From an uncultured bacterium (lineage in GTDB: Bacteria > Krumholzibacteriota > Krumholzibacteriia > Krumholzibacteriales > Krumholzibacteriaceae), in contig CBDUYR010000011.1 in the NCBI GenBank assembly GCA_965371515.1, positions 1 through 64,000 on the forward strand: a stretch of DNA of 64,000 nt, written 5' to 3'. Below the pieces are notes generated by a model. The model was not told the DNA's origin. It did no database searches and was given only the letters and a program-made list of their open reading frames with translations. Below are positions 1-9,891 of this stretch, one piece after another. The position numbers and the translations under genes are program-made. Numbering within the stretch: position 1 is the first letter of the stretch; each line of letters opens with the position of its first letter.

Positions 1-406
1 CGGCCGGATTATTCTTGAGGATCCTGGTCGTCATCGGCGAGAGCAGCACGAAGAAATCGCCCAGCAGGTCGGTGTCGTCGCACTCCTCCTCATCGACGGC
101 GACGCTGACAAGCTCCCTGAGCATGTCGATGCCCCTGAGCAGCAGGTCGGCCTCGGCCCTGGAAACGCTCATCTCTCCCTTGCGGCAGCGATCGAGTACG
201 TTCTCGAGAGCATGGCTGGCCTCGACTACGTGGTCATATCCCATCGCTCCCGACATGCCCTTGAGGTTGTGGGCATTGCGGAAGAGCTCCTCCACACAGG
301 CGGCGCTGTTCCGGCCGCTCTCGAGAGACATCACGCCCGACTCGAGTGACTGCAGGATCTCGCCCGCTTCGCTGGTAAAGAGCGCCTTGTAATCACTGAC
401 TTTCAC
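1..406 (-). CDS. cheA: Chemotaxis histidine kinase CheA, N-terminal Hpt domain (runs off the window edge)
   Basis: Not in the ORF track. Manual translation from GTG at 406 gives VKVSDYKALFTSEAGEILQSLE...ELFRNAHNLKGMSGAMG...SHALENVLD, the Hpt FRxAHxLKG motif. Overlaps the cheB stop. Confidence 0.9.
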   Translation of the reverse strand, partial: MKVSDYKALFTSEAGEILQSLESGVMSLESGRNSAACVEELFRNAHNLKGMSGAMGYDHVVEASHALENVLDRCRKGEMSVSRAEADLLLRGIDMLRELVSVAVDEEECDDTDLLGDFFVLLSPMTTRILKNNPA

Positions 407-1490
407 TGGCCATTACTCCCGCTGTCGCTTTTTCCACCTCGCGTACTATTGCGGCGGCTATCTCCTGTACCGGCAGGACCTCGTGGGCGAGCCCCGCCGA
501 TACGACCGCGCCGGGCATGCCGTATATCATGCTCGTGTCCCGGTCCTGGCAGATCACTCTGCCGCCATACTTTCTGACGGCGTCGCACCCGGCCAATCCG
601 TCCTTGCCCATACCGGTCAGGATGACCGAAATGAATCTCTTTTTGAAAACGGGGGCGATCGACGTGAGCGCGAAATCTATCGAAGGACATGCCGTTCTCT
701 GTTTCTCGTTTCTCGGAAGCAGCATCATCACGGGCTGGCCACCCTTCTCGTCCATGAGAAGATGCCTGCCGCCCGGCGCCACCAGTATGCTTCCCGGCCT
801 GACCGCCTCTCCATTCTCGGCTTCCATCACGTACATCACCGACCTGGCGTCGAGCCGCTCGGCCAGGTAGGTAGTAAAGTTCGAGGGCATGTGCTGGATG
901 ACGATTACCGACGCAGGCAAGTCGGCCGGCAGCCTGGGTATGATCTCTCCGAGAGCCTGGGGTCCGCCCGTACTCGCGCCGATCAGCACTACGCATTCCG
1001 TCCTCGCCTTGCGCGACGGCCTCACCTTGGCCTTCAGGTCGAATTCCACCGGCGCGAAACGGACCTTCTCGGCGTCGACAGTCGCAGCAAGTTTGACCTT
1101 CGCCACAAGATCTTTGACGGGGAAACGCATCCCTTTGAACGTCTTGGCCACAAAATCGACCGCGCCGTACTCGAGGCAGGTGAGCACCATCCTGGCGCCC
1201 TCCGCAGTATGTCCGCTGAGGATTACCACGGGCGTAGGCCATTCGCTCATGATGAACCTCAACGTCTCGAGACCGTCCATCCTCGGCATCTCAAGATCAA
1301 GCGTCACGCAGTCCGGCCGCAGTTCGACGAGTTTCCTGAGAACCTCGCGGCCGTTGGACGCCGTTCCAACAACTTCAATCTCTGGATCCGCGTCGAGAGA
1401 GTCGGCGATCACACGGCGCATGAAGGCGGAATCCTCGCCTACCAGCACCCTGATCTTCCCCTTCGCCGCTGCTTTCTCCTTAACTGACAT
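393..1490 (-). CDS. cheB: Chemotaxis response regulator protein-glutamate methylesterase CheB
   Basis: Receiver domain (EDSAFMR, VTLDLEMP) plus methylesterase motifs GASTGG, QHMP and LTGMGKDG. Confidence 0.97.
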   Translation of the reverse strand: MSVKEKAAAKGKIRVLVGEDSAFMRRVIADSLDADPEIEVVGTASNGREVLRKLVELRPDCVTLDLEMPRMDGLETLRFIMSEWPTPVVILSGHTAEGARMVLTCLEYGAVDFVAKTFKGMRFPVKDLVAKVKLAATVDAEKVRFAPVEFDLKAKVRPSRKARTECVVLIGASTGGPQALGEIIPRLPADLPASVIVIQHMPSNFTTYLAERLDARSVMYVMEAENGEAVRPGSILVAPGGRHLLMDEKGGQPVMMLLPRNEKQRTACPSIDFALTSIAPVFKKRFISVILTGMGKDGLAGCDAVRKYGGRVICQDRDTSMIYGMPGAVVSAGLAHEVLPVQEIAAAIVREVEKATAGVMASESQ

Positions 1491-1996
1491 CAGAACTTCT
1501 CCTCTTTGTTCTGAGCGTCCTTTACCGTCACCCTTCCACTCGTGACGTCAAAAAAGACCGTTCTCCCCTTCGTTCCTCCGGTCGATTCGGCCACTATCGG
1601 GATGTTCCTCCTCGCCAGCTCCTCCCGCGCCGCCTTCACGTTCTCATCCCCGATCTGCATTACGCCCGGGCTGGCGCTTATCGACTGGAACATCTTCGCA
1701 CCGCCGAATATCTTCGCCTCGATCCTGCTCCTCAGTGCTCCCTTCTTGGCCATCCTCGAGAGCATCAATTCCACGGCAGTGTCGACGAACTTCGCCTTGT
1801 TCACATTGTTCTGGACCCTCTCGCTGCTCGGATGCATCACGTGAGCGAGCCCTCCGATCTTCGAGACCGGGTCGTAGAGCACGATGCCTACGCACGATCC
1901 CAGGGCGAAAGTCATTATCCTGGCCGGGGCTGTCGCCACTCTGAACTGCGCCATCCCGACCTTTATCAGTGTTCCTGTTCCTCTGATGCCTATCAT
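1490..1996 (-). CDS. cheD: Chemoreceptor glutamine deamidase CheD
   Basis: ALGSCVG, GGLAHVMHP, AKIFGGA and IGDENV motifs; operon context. Confidence 0.95.
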   Translation of the reverse strand: MIGIRGTGTLIKVGMAQFRVATAPARIMTFALGSCVGIVLYDPVSKIGGLAHVMHPSSERVQNNVNKAKFVDTAVELMLSRMAKKGALRSRIEAKIFGGAKMFQSISASPGVMQIGDENVKAAREELARRNIPIVAESTGGTKGRTVFFDVTSGRVTVKDAQNKEEKF

Positions 1997-2059
1997 TGCT
2001 GTGAATCCGGAAACCGGACCTGCTCCTCTTCCTATCCGCAGCTCCCCTGCTGCTGACCT

Positions 2060-2551
2060 TTATACCGTGACGAGATTCTCGATATCGAGCGATTCGGAAA
2101 CGAGCTTCGCCGGGTCGAGACAGATGATCATCCTGTCGCCGACCTGGGCTATACCGAGAATCGCTTCCTCACACTTGCGATCCGAGCTGACGTCGGGCGA
2201 GGCCTTTATCTCCTCGTTTTCGATCTTTACGACATCCCGGACCTCGTCGACCACGATCCCGAACCGGCCCTCGCCGGACTCGAGAATGATCACCCGCTGT
2301 CTTCGGTTGCTGTTTTCTATCGTCTCCCTCGATCCCAGGACGAGATGAATCCTCAGCACGGGGATGATCTCGCCCCTGAGATTGATGACGCCCTCTACAG
2401 GGCCGGCCATCCCGGGTATCGGGCAGGCTTCCATAGGCCTGATGATCTCTTTGACCTTCGCCACAGGAATCCCGTAGTTCTCCCGGCCGAGACGGAACGT
2501 GACGAGCTGCGTCATTGTCGTTGAATCCCTATTGTCTCTTTCGTTGCTCAT
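2060..2551 (-). CDS. cheW: Chemotaxis coupling protein CheW
   Basis: QLVTFRLG, GVINLRGEIIPV and GIVVDEV motifs. Confidence 0.95.
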   Translation of the reverse strand: MSNERDNRDSTTMTQLVTFRLGRENYGIPVAKVKEIIRPMEACPIPGMAGPVEGVINLRGEIIPVLRIHLVLGSRETIENSNRRQRVIILESGEGRFGIVVDEVRDVVKIENEEIKASPDVSSDRKCEEAILGIAQVGDRMIICLDPAKLVSESLDIENLVTV

Positions 2552-2583
2552 CGATCTGCGCTCCTTCCATGGCGGCCGAACGA

Positions 2584-4218
2584 TCAGTGTGCATTCACTA
2601 CTTCATCGACCTGGTCTATGACGCTTATCTTGAAACGTCCGACATGCTCGCGAAGCTGAATCGCCATATCGCTGAGCTTCTGGGCCGAAGAGGCCACATC
2701 TTCCATGCTCGATGTCATCTGTTCCATCGACGCCGCCGTTTCCTGCGTCGACGAAGCGTTCTTCTCAGCGCTGGACGATATCTCATCGACCGAATCGATC
2801 ACGTTCTTCATCCCGCGGCTCAGCTCTTTGGTGGCCGCGGAGATACGCCTGGCCATATCGCTGGAGCTCTTCAGCACCTCTACGATCTCGTCGAGCGACT
2901 CGCCGGTCCTTGTGATGACCTCGCGGCCCTCGGTGACTTCCTTCGAACCGAGCTCGATACTCGATACTGCCGTCTGCGTGTCTTCCTGCGTCTGCCGGAT
3001 AAGAACAGCGATCTCATCGGCTGCCTTTGCGCTGCCCTCGGCGAGCTTCTTGACCTCGTCGGCGACAACGGCGAAACCTCGGCCGGCCTCGCCGGCCCTG
3101 GCAGCCTCGATAGCCGCATTGAGGGCGAGCATGTTGGTCTGGTCAGCAATGTCGGTGATGACATCAACGATCTCACCGATCTGGTTCGACCTCTCGCCCA
3201 GATGCTTTATGATGGTCGCCGACTCGTTGGTAACGTTGTAGATCGTGTTGATCTTCTCAACAGCCTCCTTCGCGGCGTCCCCGCCCCTGGTAGCCGTTTC
3301 CGAGGCATTCGTGGCGGCCGAAGCGGCAAGTTCGGCGCTGTTGGCTACCTGCTTGACCGACCTCTCCATGTTCCTGATCTCCTTGATCGTCTCATCGACC
3401 TTGTGAGCCTGCAGGTCGGTCGACTTGGCGATGTTCTGTACGGTCAGTGATGTCTCCTCGGTGATCGAGTTCATCTCCTCGGTCGAGGCCGAGAGGCTCT
3501 GGGCCGAGAAGTTGACCTTATCGGCAGTGGACCTGATAACATTTATGATCCCCGCTATGTTGGTGAACATATCGTTCAGCGTCGCGCCTAGCCTTCCCAG
3601 CTCGTCGTTTGACTTGATTTCTATCTTGGTCGTTGTGTCTCCTGCATTGCTCGCCAGTATCCTGCTCGCCGAGAGGAGCTGCTGTACGGGCTTCTTGACT
3701 ACCATATGGACGAGGTAGTTGAAGACCCCGAATATGACGAGAAGGGTCACGGTGATGGTTCCTAATATCTTCCAGCGAAGGCCGCCTGCCTCGTATCTTT
3801 CCGCCGGAACAATGGCAACCCTTATAGAACGGCCCGAACCGTTCCCGACGGGAGCGGTGAAGTCCTCGGCGGATGCCTCTTCAGAAGCCACTCCACCCTC
3901 AACGATCTCGGAAGACGACATCAGTATGGCTCCGTCGCCGCCTATTATCTCGATCTTCTTTACGAAGGAATAATCCTGCTGCAGTTCTTCGAGCCTCGCG
4001 GCCAGATCCTGCTTATTCTCAACGCCCGTTACCGCTTCGATGGCGACAGGCACGAACGCCGTCCAGTCGTTGTCCCGTTGCCTGACAGCGTCTTCCACGG
4101 CTTTGCCGGAGATCTTGATCAGCACTAACGTCGAAGCGGCGCACATGAAAAACGCGATGAGCGCCATCGATATAAACACCCTGCTGGAAAGGGTTTTGCC
4201 AAATCCGATGCTCTTCAT
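2584..4218 (-). CDS. Methyl-accepting chemotaxis protein (2 TM, HAMP, signalling domain)
   Basis: [33 protein letters not shown] hairpin and HAMP (DELGRL). Start moved to ATG 4218 (MKSIG), which follows GGAGG and the cheR stop. Confidence 0.95.
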   Translation of the reverse strand: MKSIGFGKTLSSRVFISMALIAFFMCAASTLVLIKISGKAVEDAVRQRDNDWTAFVPVAIEAVTGVENKQDLAARLEELQQDYSFVKKIEIIGGDGAILMSSSEIVEGGVASEEASAEDFTAPVGNGSGRSIRVAIVPAERYEAGGLRWKILGTITVTLLVIFGVFNYLVHMVVKKPVQQLLSASRILASNAGDTTTKIEIKSNDELGRLGATLNDMFTNIAGIINVIRSTADKVNFSAQSLSASTEEMNSITEETSLTVQNIAKSTDLQAHKVDETIKEIRNMERSVKQVANSAELAASAATNASETATRGGDAAKEAVEKINTIYNVTNESATIIKHLGERSNQIGEIVDVITDIADQTNMLALNAAIEAARAGEAGRGFAVVADEVKKLAEGSAKAADEIAVLIRQTQEDTQTAVSSIELGSKEVTEGREVITRTGESLDEIVEVLKSSSDMARRISAATKELSRGMKNVIDSVDEISSSAEKNASSTQETAASMEQMTSSMEDVASSAQKLSDMAIQLREHVGRFKISVIDQVDEVVNAH

Positions 4219-4219
4219 C

Positions 4220-5068
4220 TCAATCCTCCCTGGTATGGTCTTCCTGCGGTTTTTTCCTGTAGATCTTGCATCTTGGTTCCACCAGCTCGAACATTTCTTC
4301 GAGCGGCCCTGACAGGACCTCGCTCTTGCCGAGAACGAGCAGCCCGCGGTCATGAAGCGAGTCGAAGAAATTTCCCATAGCCTCGTCCCTGACTTCGTGC
4401 TCGAAATGTATCAGCACGTTCCTGCACATGATCAGGTCGAGATCGGCGTACGGCGCCTCGGTAAACAGGTCGTGCGGCCTGAATCTCACGAGAGACCTCA
4501 GCCTCGACGTGACTTTCCACGACCGTCCTTCCTTCTCGAAATATCCGTCCCTTATATCTACGGGCACGTCCTTCATCTTTTCCTCGCTGTAGACGCCCTT
4601 CTTAGCCGTTCTGCACGAGTCCTCGGATACGTCGGTCCCGTATACCTCGATATGCGTGTTCGGGGAGACCTTGCTTACGGCGCGGTCGATCATCATGGCA
4701 ATGCTGTACGCTTCCTCTCCGGTGGAGCACCCAACGCTCCAGGCCCGGATAATTCCATGGCCCGAGGACGTCTTCTCGTCGACGAGCGCCGGGATGCATC
4801 CCCGCTCCAGCAATCTGAATACGTCACGGTCCCTGAAGAACTCGGTTACGTGAATCGTGACTATGTCCATCAATTTTTCCATCTCGCCGGGATCGCCCGT
4901 CAGGCGCCCGATGTATTCCTCGATATCCTTGCAACTCGCCATCGCCATTCTGTGCATGACTCGTCTGCGAAGACAGGTCGACCTGTAACGCGAAAGGTCG
5001 ACTCCATACCTGCTCTTGACGAGCCAGGCGAGCTCGCTCAGATCGAGCGCATTCGTCTGGTGGGCCAT
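4220..5068 (-). CDS. cheR: Chemotaxis protein-glutamate methyltransferase CheR
   Basis: [32 protein letters not shown] and LGKSE motifs. Confidence 0.97.
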   Translation of the reverse strand: MAHQTNALDLSELAWLVKSRYGVDLSRYRSTCLRRRVMHRMAMASCKDIEEYIGRLTGDPGEMEKLMDIVTIHVTEFFRDRDVFRLLERGCIPALVDEKTSSGHGIIRAWSVGCSTGEEAYSIAMMIDRAVSKVSPNTHIEVYGTDVSEDSCRTAKKGVYSEEKMKDVPVDIRDGYFEKEGRSWKVTSRLRSLVRFRPHDLFTEAPYADLDLIMCRNVLIHFEHEVRDEAMGNFFDSLHDRGLLVLGKSEVLSGPLEEMFELVEPRCKIYRKKPQEDHTRED

Positions 5069-5233
5069 CTGCCTCCCGGACCGGCGGCAACAGCCGCCGG
5101 ATCAAGATGAAAATCATCGGGCGACTCTCGTCACCGGAACGCGCAGTCCCGCAGACTCGTATCGCCCTGTTGTATTTGCTAGTATGCGTTGTACCGCCCC
5201 GAAAAATCGGGGACTGTTGCCGGGAACCGGAAC

Positions 5234-5249
5234 TGCAATTGCCATACCA
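5234..5249 (-). promoter_or_regulatory. Putative sigma54 (-24/-12) promoter of the chemotaxis operon
   Basis: Minus strand reads TGGTATGGCAATTGCA, with GG and GC at canonical -24/-12 spacing, about 165 nt upstream of cheR. Confidence 0.65.
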
Positions 5250-5459
5250 CAAAGAGACAAAGAACGCCTCTCTGGGCGGCATTATTGCCTCTCACGCCCC
5301 GCCTGAGCAACAAACGGTGTAGTGCGCCTTTTTTCAATGAGTTATGCCGTTTAGAAACAACAGGGGGCTATCGGAAGCAGGGATGGATAACTGGTCAGGA
5401 CGCAGGAAATTGCACCTTTTTATTGCTTTTTGCAACCGCAGCGTCAAGGGAGAGTGACA

Positions 5460-6443
5460 ATGAGGAAGCTGGTTGTCAAGCACGTGGATGCTTTTACAAC
5501 ACATCCCTTCGGCGGAAATCCTGCCGGCGTCATCACGAACGGCGACGGACTGCAAACCGAGGAGATGATGAAGATCGCCGGCGAGATGAACCTCTCCGAG
5601 ACGGCGATCGTTACTCTGCCCGAATCACTCGACACGGATTTCAGGATCAGGTTTTTCACACCGAGCAACGAGGTAGACATCAGTGGCCACGTCATTATCG
5701 CCGCCACCTGGGCCCTCCTGGAGGAAGGGCGGATACAGGTCAGCAACGGGGTGACCACGGTCAACATGGACACCAACGCCGGCCGGATACCTGTCGACCT
5801 CCTCTTCTACAGCACCGATTCCCCCGAAACGGGAAACGACCGGGTCGCCGTGAGAAACGACCTGGCCTGCGGTGAGCTACACAGGATCATGATGCACCAG
5901 TCGATCAAAAATCATTCACCATCCACCATCCCGGTCTCGGATGTCGCCGACATCCTCGGCATCGACGCTTCGGAAATAAGCGGAACTGGACTGCCGATGG
6001 AAATCATATCGACCGGTCTCGACCAGCTGATGATACCGATCAGAAGCAAGGAGACGATCCTCGATCTCAATCCCGACTTGATCAAGCTGGGGCTTTCGAA
6101 CAAGAAGCTCGGAATCCATACGAACCACATATTTTCTATCGACACCTTCAGCGAGGACTGCGTCTCGTATTCGAGGCACTTCGCCCCCGCCATGGGAATG
6201 TGGGAGGATCCTGGAACCGGCACAGCCGCCGCGGGCCTGGGTAATTACCTCCTCCGTCACGGAATCGTGAGCTCCGGAGAGATGATCATGGAACAGGGCA
6301 ACAACAGCAGCAGTCTCGCCCGCATACTCGTCGAAGTCGAGGAATCGATGCTCGACGAGGGCTCGGCGTGCATCGGTGGCCTTGCCACAACTTCGATTAC
6401 CAGGGAAATCACCCTGGAGAGCGGCAACGTGGTCATCGTCTGA
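5460..6443 (+). CDS. PhzF family epimerase/isomerase
   Basis: VDAFT...GGNPAGV, EMNLSET, RFFTPSNEV..SGH and EDPGTG motifs; ATG at 5460 after GGGAG. Confidence 0.9.
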   Translation: MRKLVVKHVDAFTTHPFGGNPAGVITNGDGLQTEEMMKIAGEMNLSETAIVTLPESLDTDFRIRFFTPSNEVDISGHVIIAATWALLEEGRIQVSNGVTTVNMDTNAGRIPVDLLFYSTDSPETGNDRVAVRNDLACGELHRIMMHQSIKNHSPSTIPVSDVADILGIDASEISGTGLPMEIISTGLDQLMIPIRSKETILDLNPDLIKLGLSNKKLGIHTNHIFSIDTFSEDCVSYSRHFAPAMGMWEDPGTGTAAAGLGNYLLRHGIVSSGEMIMEQGNNSSSLARILVEVEESMLDEGSACIGGLATTSITREITLESGNVVIV

Positions 6444-6446
6444 TTC

Positions 6447-8147
6447 TTACTTTGAGATCTTTACTCTGTCCTGCAGGCAGCCCGCCATCGGGATGGAGAA
6501 GCTGAACGTCGACCCTTTCCCCTTCTCGCTTTCCACCCAGACCCTGCCCCTGTGCAGGGTAACATAGTGTTTTACGAGGCGAAGACCTATACCGAGGCCG
6601 TTTTTATCCCTCGATGTCCCCCCGTCGACTTGCGTGAAGTTATCGAATATTTCCTGCGTCTCCTCTGGATCCATGCCTGGACCTTCGTCCCTCACGGAAA
6701 CGATTATATCGCCTTCACCGCATTTCGAGGAGATGGTCACCGCCTTACCGGAAGAGGCGAACTTGACGGCGTTACTGAGGAGATTTACGCAGACCTGCTT
6801 GATTCTCTGCGGATCGAACATCGTAATCGGCACCGAGTCGTTGAGCTCGGTGATGATGGTAACATCGTTCTTGTGTGCGGATGGCTCGGCCATCTTCACA
6901 GACAGCCTGATCATTTCATTTATACTCGCCTCGGTGACGTTGAGCATCGTATCGGAGACCTCCACCTTCGACAGGTCGAGCAAGTTGTTTATCGCAGTGA
7001 GTAGCTTCTTCGACTGGGTGTCGATGATCTCGAGGAATTCACGCCTCGTATCAGCTTCGATCTCGAAGTCGGAATCTTCGATCAGCGTGTCGGAGTACGC
7101 CATGATTATCGACAGGGGCGTCCTCAGCTCGTGGCTGATTCGTCCGAGGAACTCGCTCTTCAGACGATCGAGTTCCATCAGCTTCCTGTTTACCTCTGTC
7201 AGCTCCCTGTTCTGGACTGTGATCCTCTCCTCGAGCATCTTTCTCTCGGTCACGTCGTGCCCCACGACCAGCACGTACGGATGTCCTTTGATCTTGACGA
7301 GCGTCTCCGATACGTCCATGTAGACGACCTCGCCGTTTTTTCTCAGATACGGGATCTCGGAGAGCGTGATCGGCTCACCCTTCAGGACCCTGGCGAGATT
7401 GGAACGGGAGAGATCCCTTCTGTCGGGGGTGGTAAGGAGCCAGTAGCTCTTCCCGATGATATCCTCCGGCGAATAACCGAATTCCCTGTAAACAACCTCG
7501 TTGCACTCGATGACGTCGCCGGAATAATCGATCAGCATTATAACATCCCTGGCGTGGCTCATCAGGGTACGGTACTTCTCTCCGAGCTCTCTGTGGCTGT
7601 CGATCAGCTGCGAGTTCTCGATTGCGATGGAGGTCAGCTGGCTGAACTTGTTGACGAGTTCCAGGTCGAACTCGCTGAAATGGTTCTTCTCGCTGCTTCC
7701 GAGGTTCAGAGTGCCGATCAGCGAGTTCTTCGCGATGAGCGGCACAACGATGTCGGAACAGAGATTGTCCTCCTTCATAATCTCGGAGAACCTGTCGTCT
7801 TCGGGTATGTCGCGCCTGAGGATCGGCTTCCTGTTTATCGCCACCCAGCCGACAACGTTCGATTCCTCCAGCGGGACGTATCGTCCCTCATGAGAGGTGT
7901 CTCCGTTACGCCGGTGGATATGCCTTATGTAGAGGCAGTTGTCGTCTTTCTCGTAGATGGCGAGGCAGCCCATGTCGTAGTCGATAATACGGACCAGCTC
8001 ACTCGATATTTTCGACAGGATGTGGTCCAGGTCGAGGCGGGAGTTTATCACCTCCGCCATCTCCATGACGGCGGAGAGCTCCTTGACCACCTCGTCCTTG
8101 TTCTTGGCAGGCGAGTAAATTGTGTCGAAAAAACGTTCGCGTTCCAT
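6447..8147 (-). CDS. Cytoplasmic GAF-PAS sensor histidine kinase
   Basis: GAF (VPLIAKNSLIGTL), PAS, H-box SHELRTPL, N-box NLLSNAVKF, and G boxes DEGPG and GLGIGL. Confidence 0.93.
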   Translation of the reverse strand: MERERFFDTIYSPAKNKDEVVKELSAVMEMAEVINSRLDLDHILSKISSELVRIIDYDMGCLAIYEKDDNCLYIRHIHRRNGDTSHEGRYVPLEESNVVGWVAINRKPILRRDIPEDDRFSEIMKEDNLCSDIVVPLIAKNSLIGTLNLGSSEKNHFSEFDLELVNKFSQLTSIAIENSQLIDSHRELGEKYRTLMSHARDVIMLIDYSGDVIECNEVVYREFGYSPEDIIGKSYWLLTTPDRRDLSRSNLARVLKGEPITLSEIPYLRKNGEVVYMDVSETLVKIKGHPYVLVVGHDVTERKMLEERITVQNRELTEVNRKLMELDRLKSEFLGRISHELRTPLSIIMAYSDTLIEDSDFEIEADTRREFLEIIDTQSKKLLTAINNLLDLSKVEVSDTMLNVTEASINEMIRLSVKMAEPSAHKNDVTIITELNDSVPITMFDPQRIKQVCVNLLSNAVKFASSGKAVTISSKCGEGDIIVSVRDEGPGMDPEETQEIFDNFTQVDGGTSRDKNGLGIGLRLVKHYVTLHRGRVWVESEKGKGSTFSFSIPMAGCLQDRVKISK

Positions 8148-8256
8148 CGATTATCCGCTTTACGAAATATCCCTGTTCAGACCCTGACCAGGTCATTTCA
8201 AGCAGGAAATATTCCATTTTTCGGATAAACGTTACAATGAATCGGAATCAGCTCTG

Positions 8257-9891
8257 TCAGCCCCTGAAAGAGAATCGGCTCTTGAAGTGCCTGAGGCTCA
8301 GATCCCTGCCATACTCGACATTTATGGCCGGTATCCTGTCCCGGTTGTCGGCGAGGACCCTCATCGCCTCTACCACCGATGAAAGGTCCTGATCTTCGTA
8401 GGCCAGTCTCGGAACGGCGGCCCTGACGTAGTTGACCCTCGGCTCGGGCGGGATCTCTTTCTCACCGTCGAAGCTTCCGAAGGCGTACAGACCGAGCTCG
8501 CAGACACGGTGCCCCGCGATCAGCAGCAGCGCGGTAAACGAGATGCCCTTCAAATCATCGTCTCCGGCCGTACCGTCGAAGAACCTGTCAAGATCGATAT
8601 AGACTGCGTGGCCGCCTACCGGCCTGATGATCGGGATCCCCGCCTCGTAGAGTTGAGTGCCGAAGCGAACGACCTGCCCTATCCTCGCGTCGAGGTATTC
8701 GTCGCGGACGATGGTCCGAAGTCCCTCGGCGATCGCCTTGAGATCCCGGCCAGTAAGCCCGCCATAGGTCGGATGCCCCTCGGCCATGATCTGGTGGTTG
8801 GTGATTCCCTCCTTGAAGTGAGGGAACTTCTTCGAGAAATCTCCGTCCTTGCGGATCACCAGCGCCCCGCCCATGTTGACGAGTCCGTCTTTCTTGAGGC
8901 TGATGTGGAATCCGTCTGCGTACCGGAACATCTCGTGGACGATCTGACGGATCGAACTGTCCCAGAACTCGTCCTCTCGTTTTTTTATGAAATACGCATT
9001 CTCGGCGAACCTGCACGCGTCGAAGAAGAAGGGCACGCCGTGCTTGCGCGCCACATTGCGGATTTCCCTGATGTTACCTATCGAAACTGGCTGTCCGCCT
9101 CCCGTGTTGTTCGTAATGGTCAGGTAGACGAGGGGCACTCGATCCTTCTCGTGCTCGAGCAGGTTGTCGAGTTCCTCGATATCCATGTTGCCGCGGAAAG
9201 GGTATATCTCGTCGTTCTCGAGGTGCTCGCGGCAGGGCAGGTTCAGCGGGATCATCCCCTTGTCCTCGATATTGCCCTGCGTCGTGTCGAAATGGGAGTT
9301 GCTCGGAATGATCCAGAGGGGCAGATCCTTCGCATGCCCGTTCGAGTTCAGTTTCGATTCGATACGACTCTTCAGTTCCGGCCTCAGTCCTTCCGATAGA
9401 GGAGCGCTGCTGCCGCCCCCGACAGCGGCCAGCTGCCTGGCCAGGATCGAGAAGAAGGCGTTCTCGGCCGCCCGGCCCTGGTGGAAGAGAAAGAGGCTCT
9501 CCGACGAACCGCCCGAGGCAATGTCTTTCTCGCACCAGCCGGCGCCGAATGTCTCTGCGAACTGCGACCTGAGCTCAAAGTACCCCTCGTTCGACCCGTA
9601 CGCCTCGTCGCCGAGCATCATCGCAGCCCACTGGTTCATCGTCATCGTGGTCGTCCCCGAATCGGAGAGAAGATCGCATCCTGGTATTTTATCCGCCCTG
9701 AAAAGAAAAGCGTTGAGCCCGGCCTCGTTTATCACGATGTCGCGCCTCTGCTCGAAATCGTCCATGGAACATTCGCGGAACCTTACCACGGCGTTCCGGT
9801 ACGGCCTCGGCCTGTACCACTGACCAGGCACTTCCGGGGTATCCATGTTTTCCCTGAATTTCTTGATAAAGAAGGCTGTGGAATCGGACAT
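8257..9891 (-). CDS. tnaA: Tryptophanase (PLP beta-eliminating lyase) with insertions
   Basis: DLLSDSGT, GDEAYG, HQGRAAE, FDTTQG, DACRFAENAYFIK, PLP-lysine motif SLKKD, EGHPTYGG and LRHF. FDTT and RHF are tryptophanase-type rather than tyrosine phenol-lyase-type. Confidence 0.85.
   Translation of the reverse strand: MSDSTAFFIKKFRENMDTPEVPGQWYRPRPYRNAVVRFRECSMDDFEQRRDIVINEAGLNAFLFRADKIPGCDLLSDSGTTTMTMNQWAAMMLGDEAYGSNEGYFELRSQFAETFGAGWCEKDIASGGSSESLFLFHQGRAAENAFFSILARQLAAVGGGSSAPLSEGLRPELKSRIESKLNSNGHAKDLPLWIIPSNSHFDTTQGNIEDKGMIPLNLPCREHLENDEIYPFRGNMDIEELDNLLEHEKDRVPLVYLTITNNTGGGQPVSIGNIREIRNVARKHGVPFFFDACRFAENAYFIKKREDEFWDSSIRQIVHEMFRYADGFHISLKKDGLVNMGGALVIRKDGDFSKKFPHFKEGITNHQIMAEGHPTYGGLTGRDLKAIAEGLRTIVRDEYLDARIGQVVRFGTQLYEAGIPIIRPVGGHAVYIDLDRFFDGTAGDDDLKGISFTALLLIAGHRVCELGLYAFGSFDGEKEIPPEPRVNYVRAAVPRLAYEDQDLSSVVEAMRVLADNRDRIPAINVEYGRDLSLRHFKSRFSFRG

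Noticed and set aside
483..1487. Long antisense ORFs (also 11321-12688, 29991-30824, 33522-35153, 59821-61131 and many others)
   Set aside because: They are shadows of well-supported genes on the opposite strand, expected from high-GC codon bias, and carry no motifs.
5460..6443. Phenazine biosynthesis (two PhzF homologs, also 40668-41552)
   Set aside because: No other phz genes; stand-alone PhzF-like proteins are widespread.
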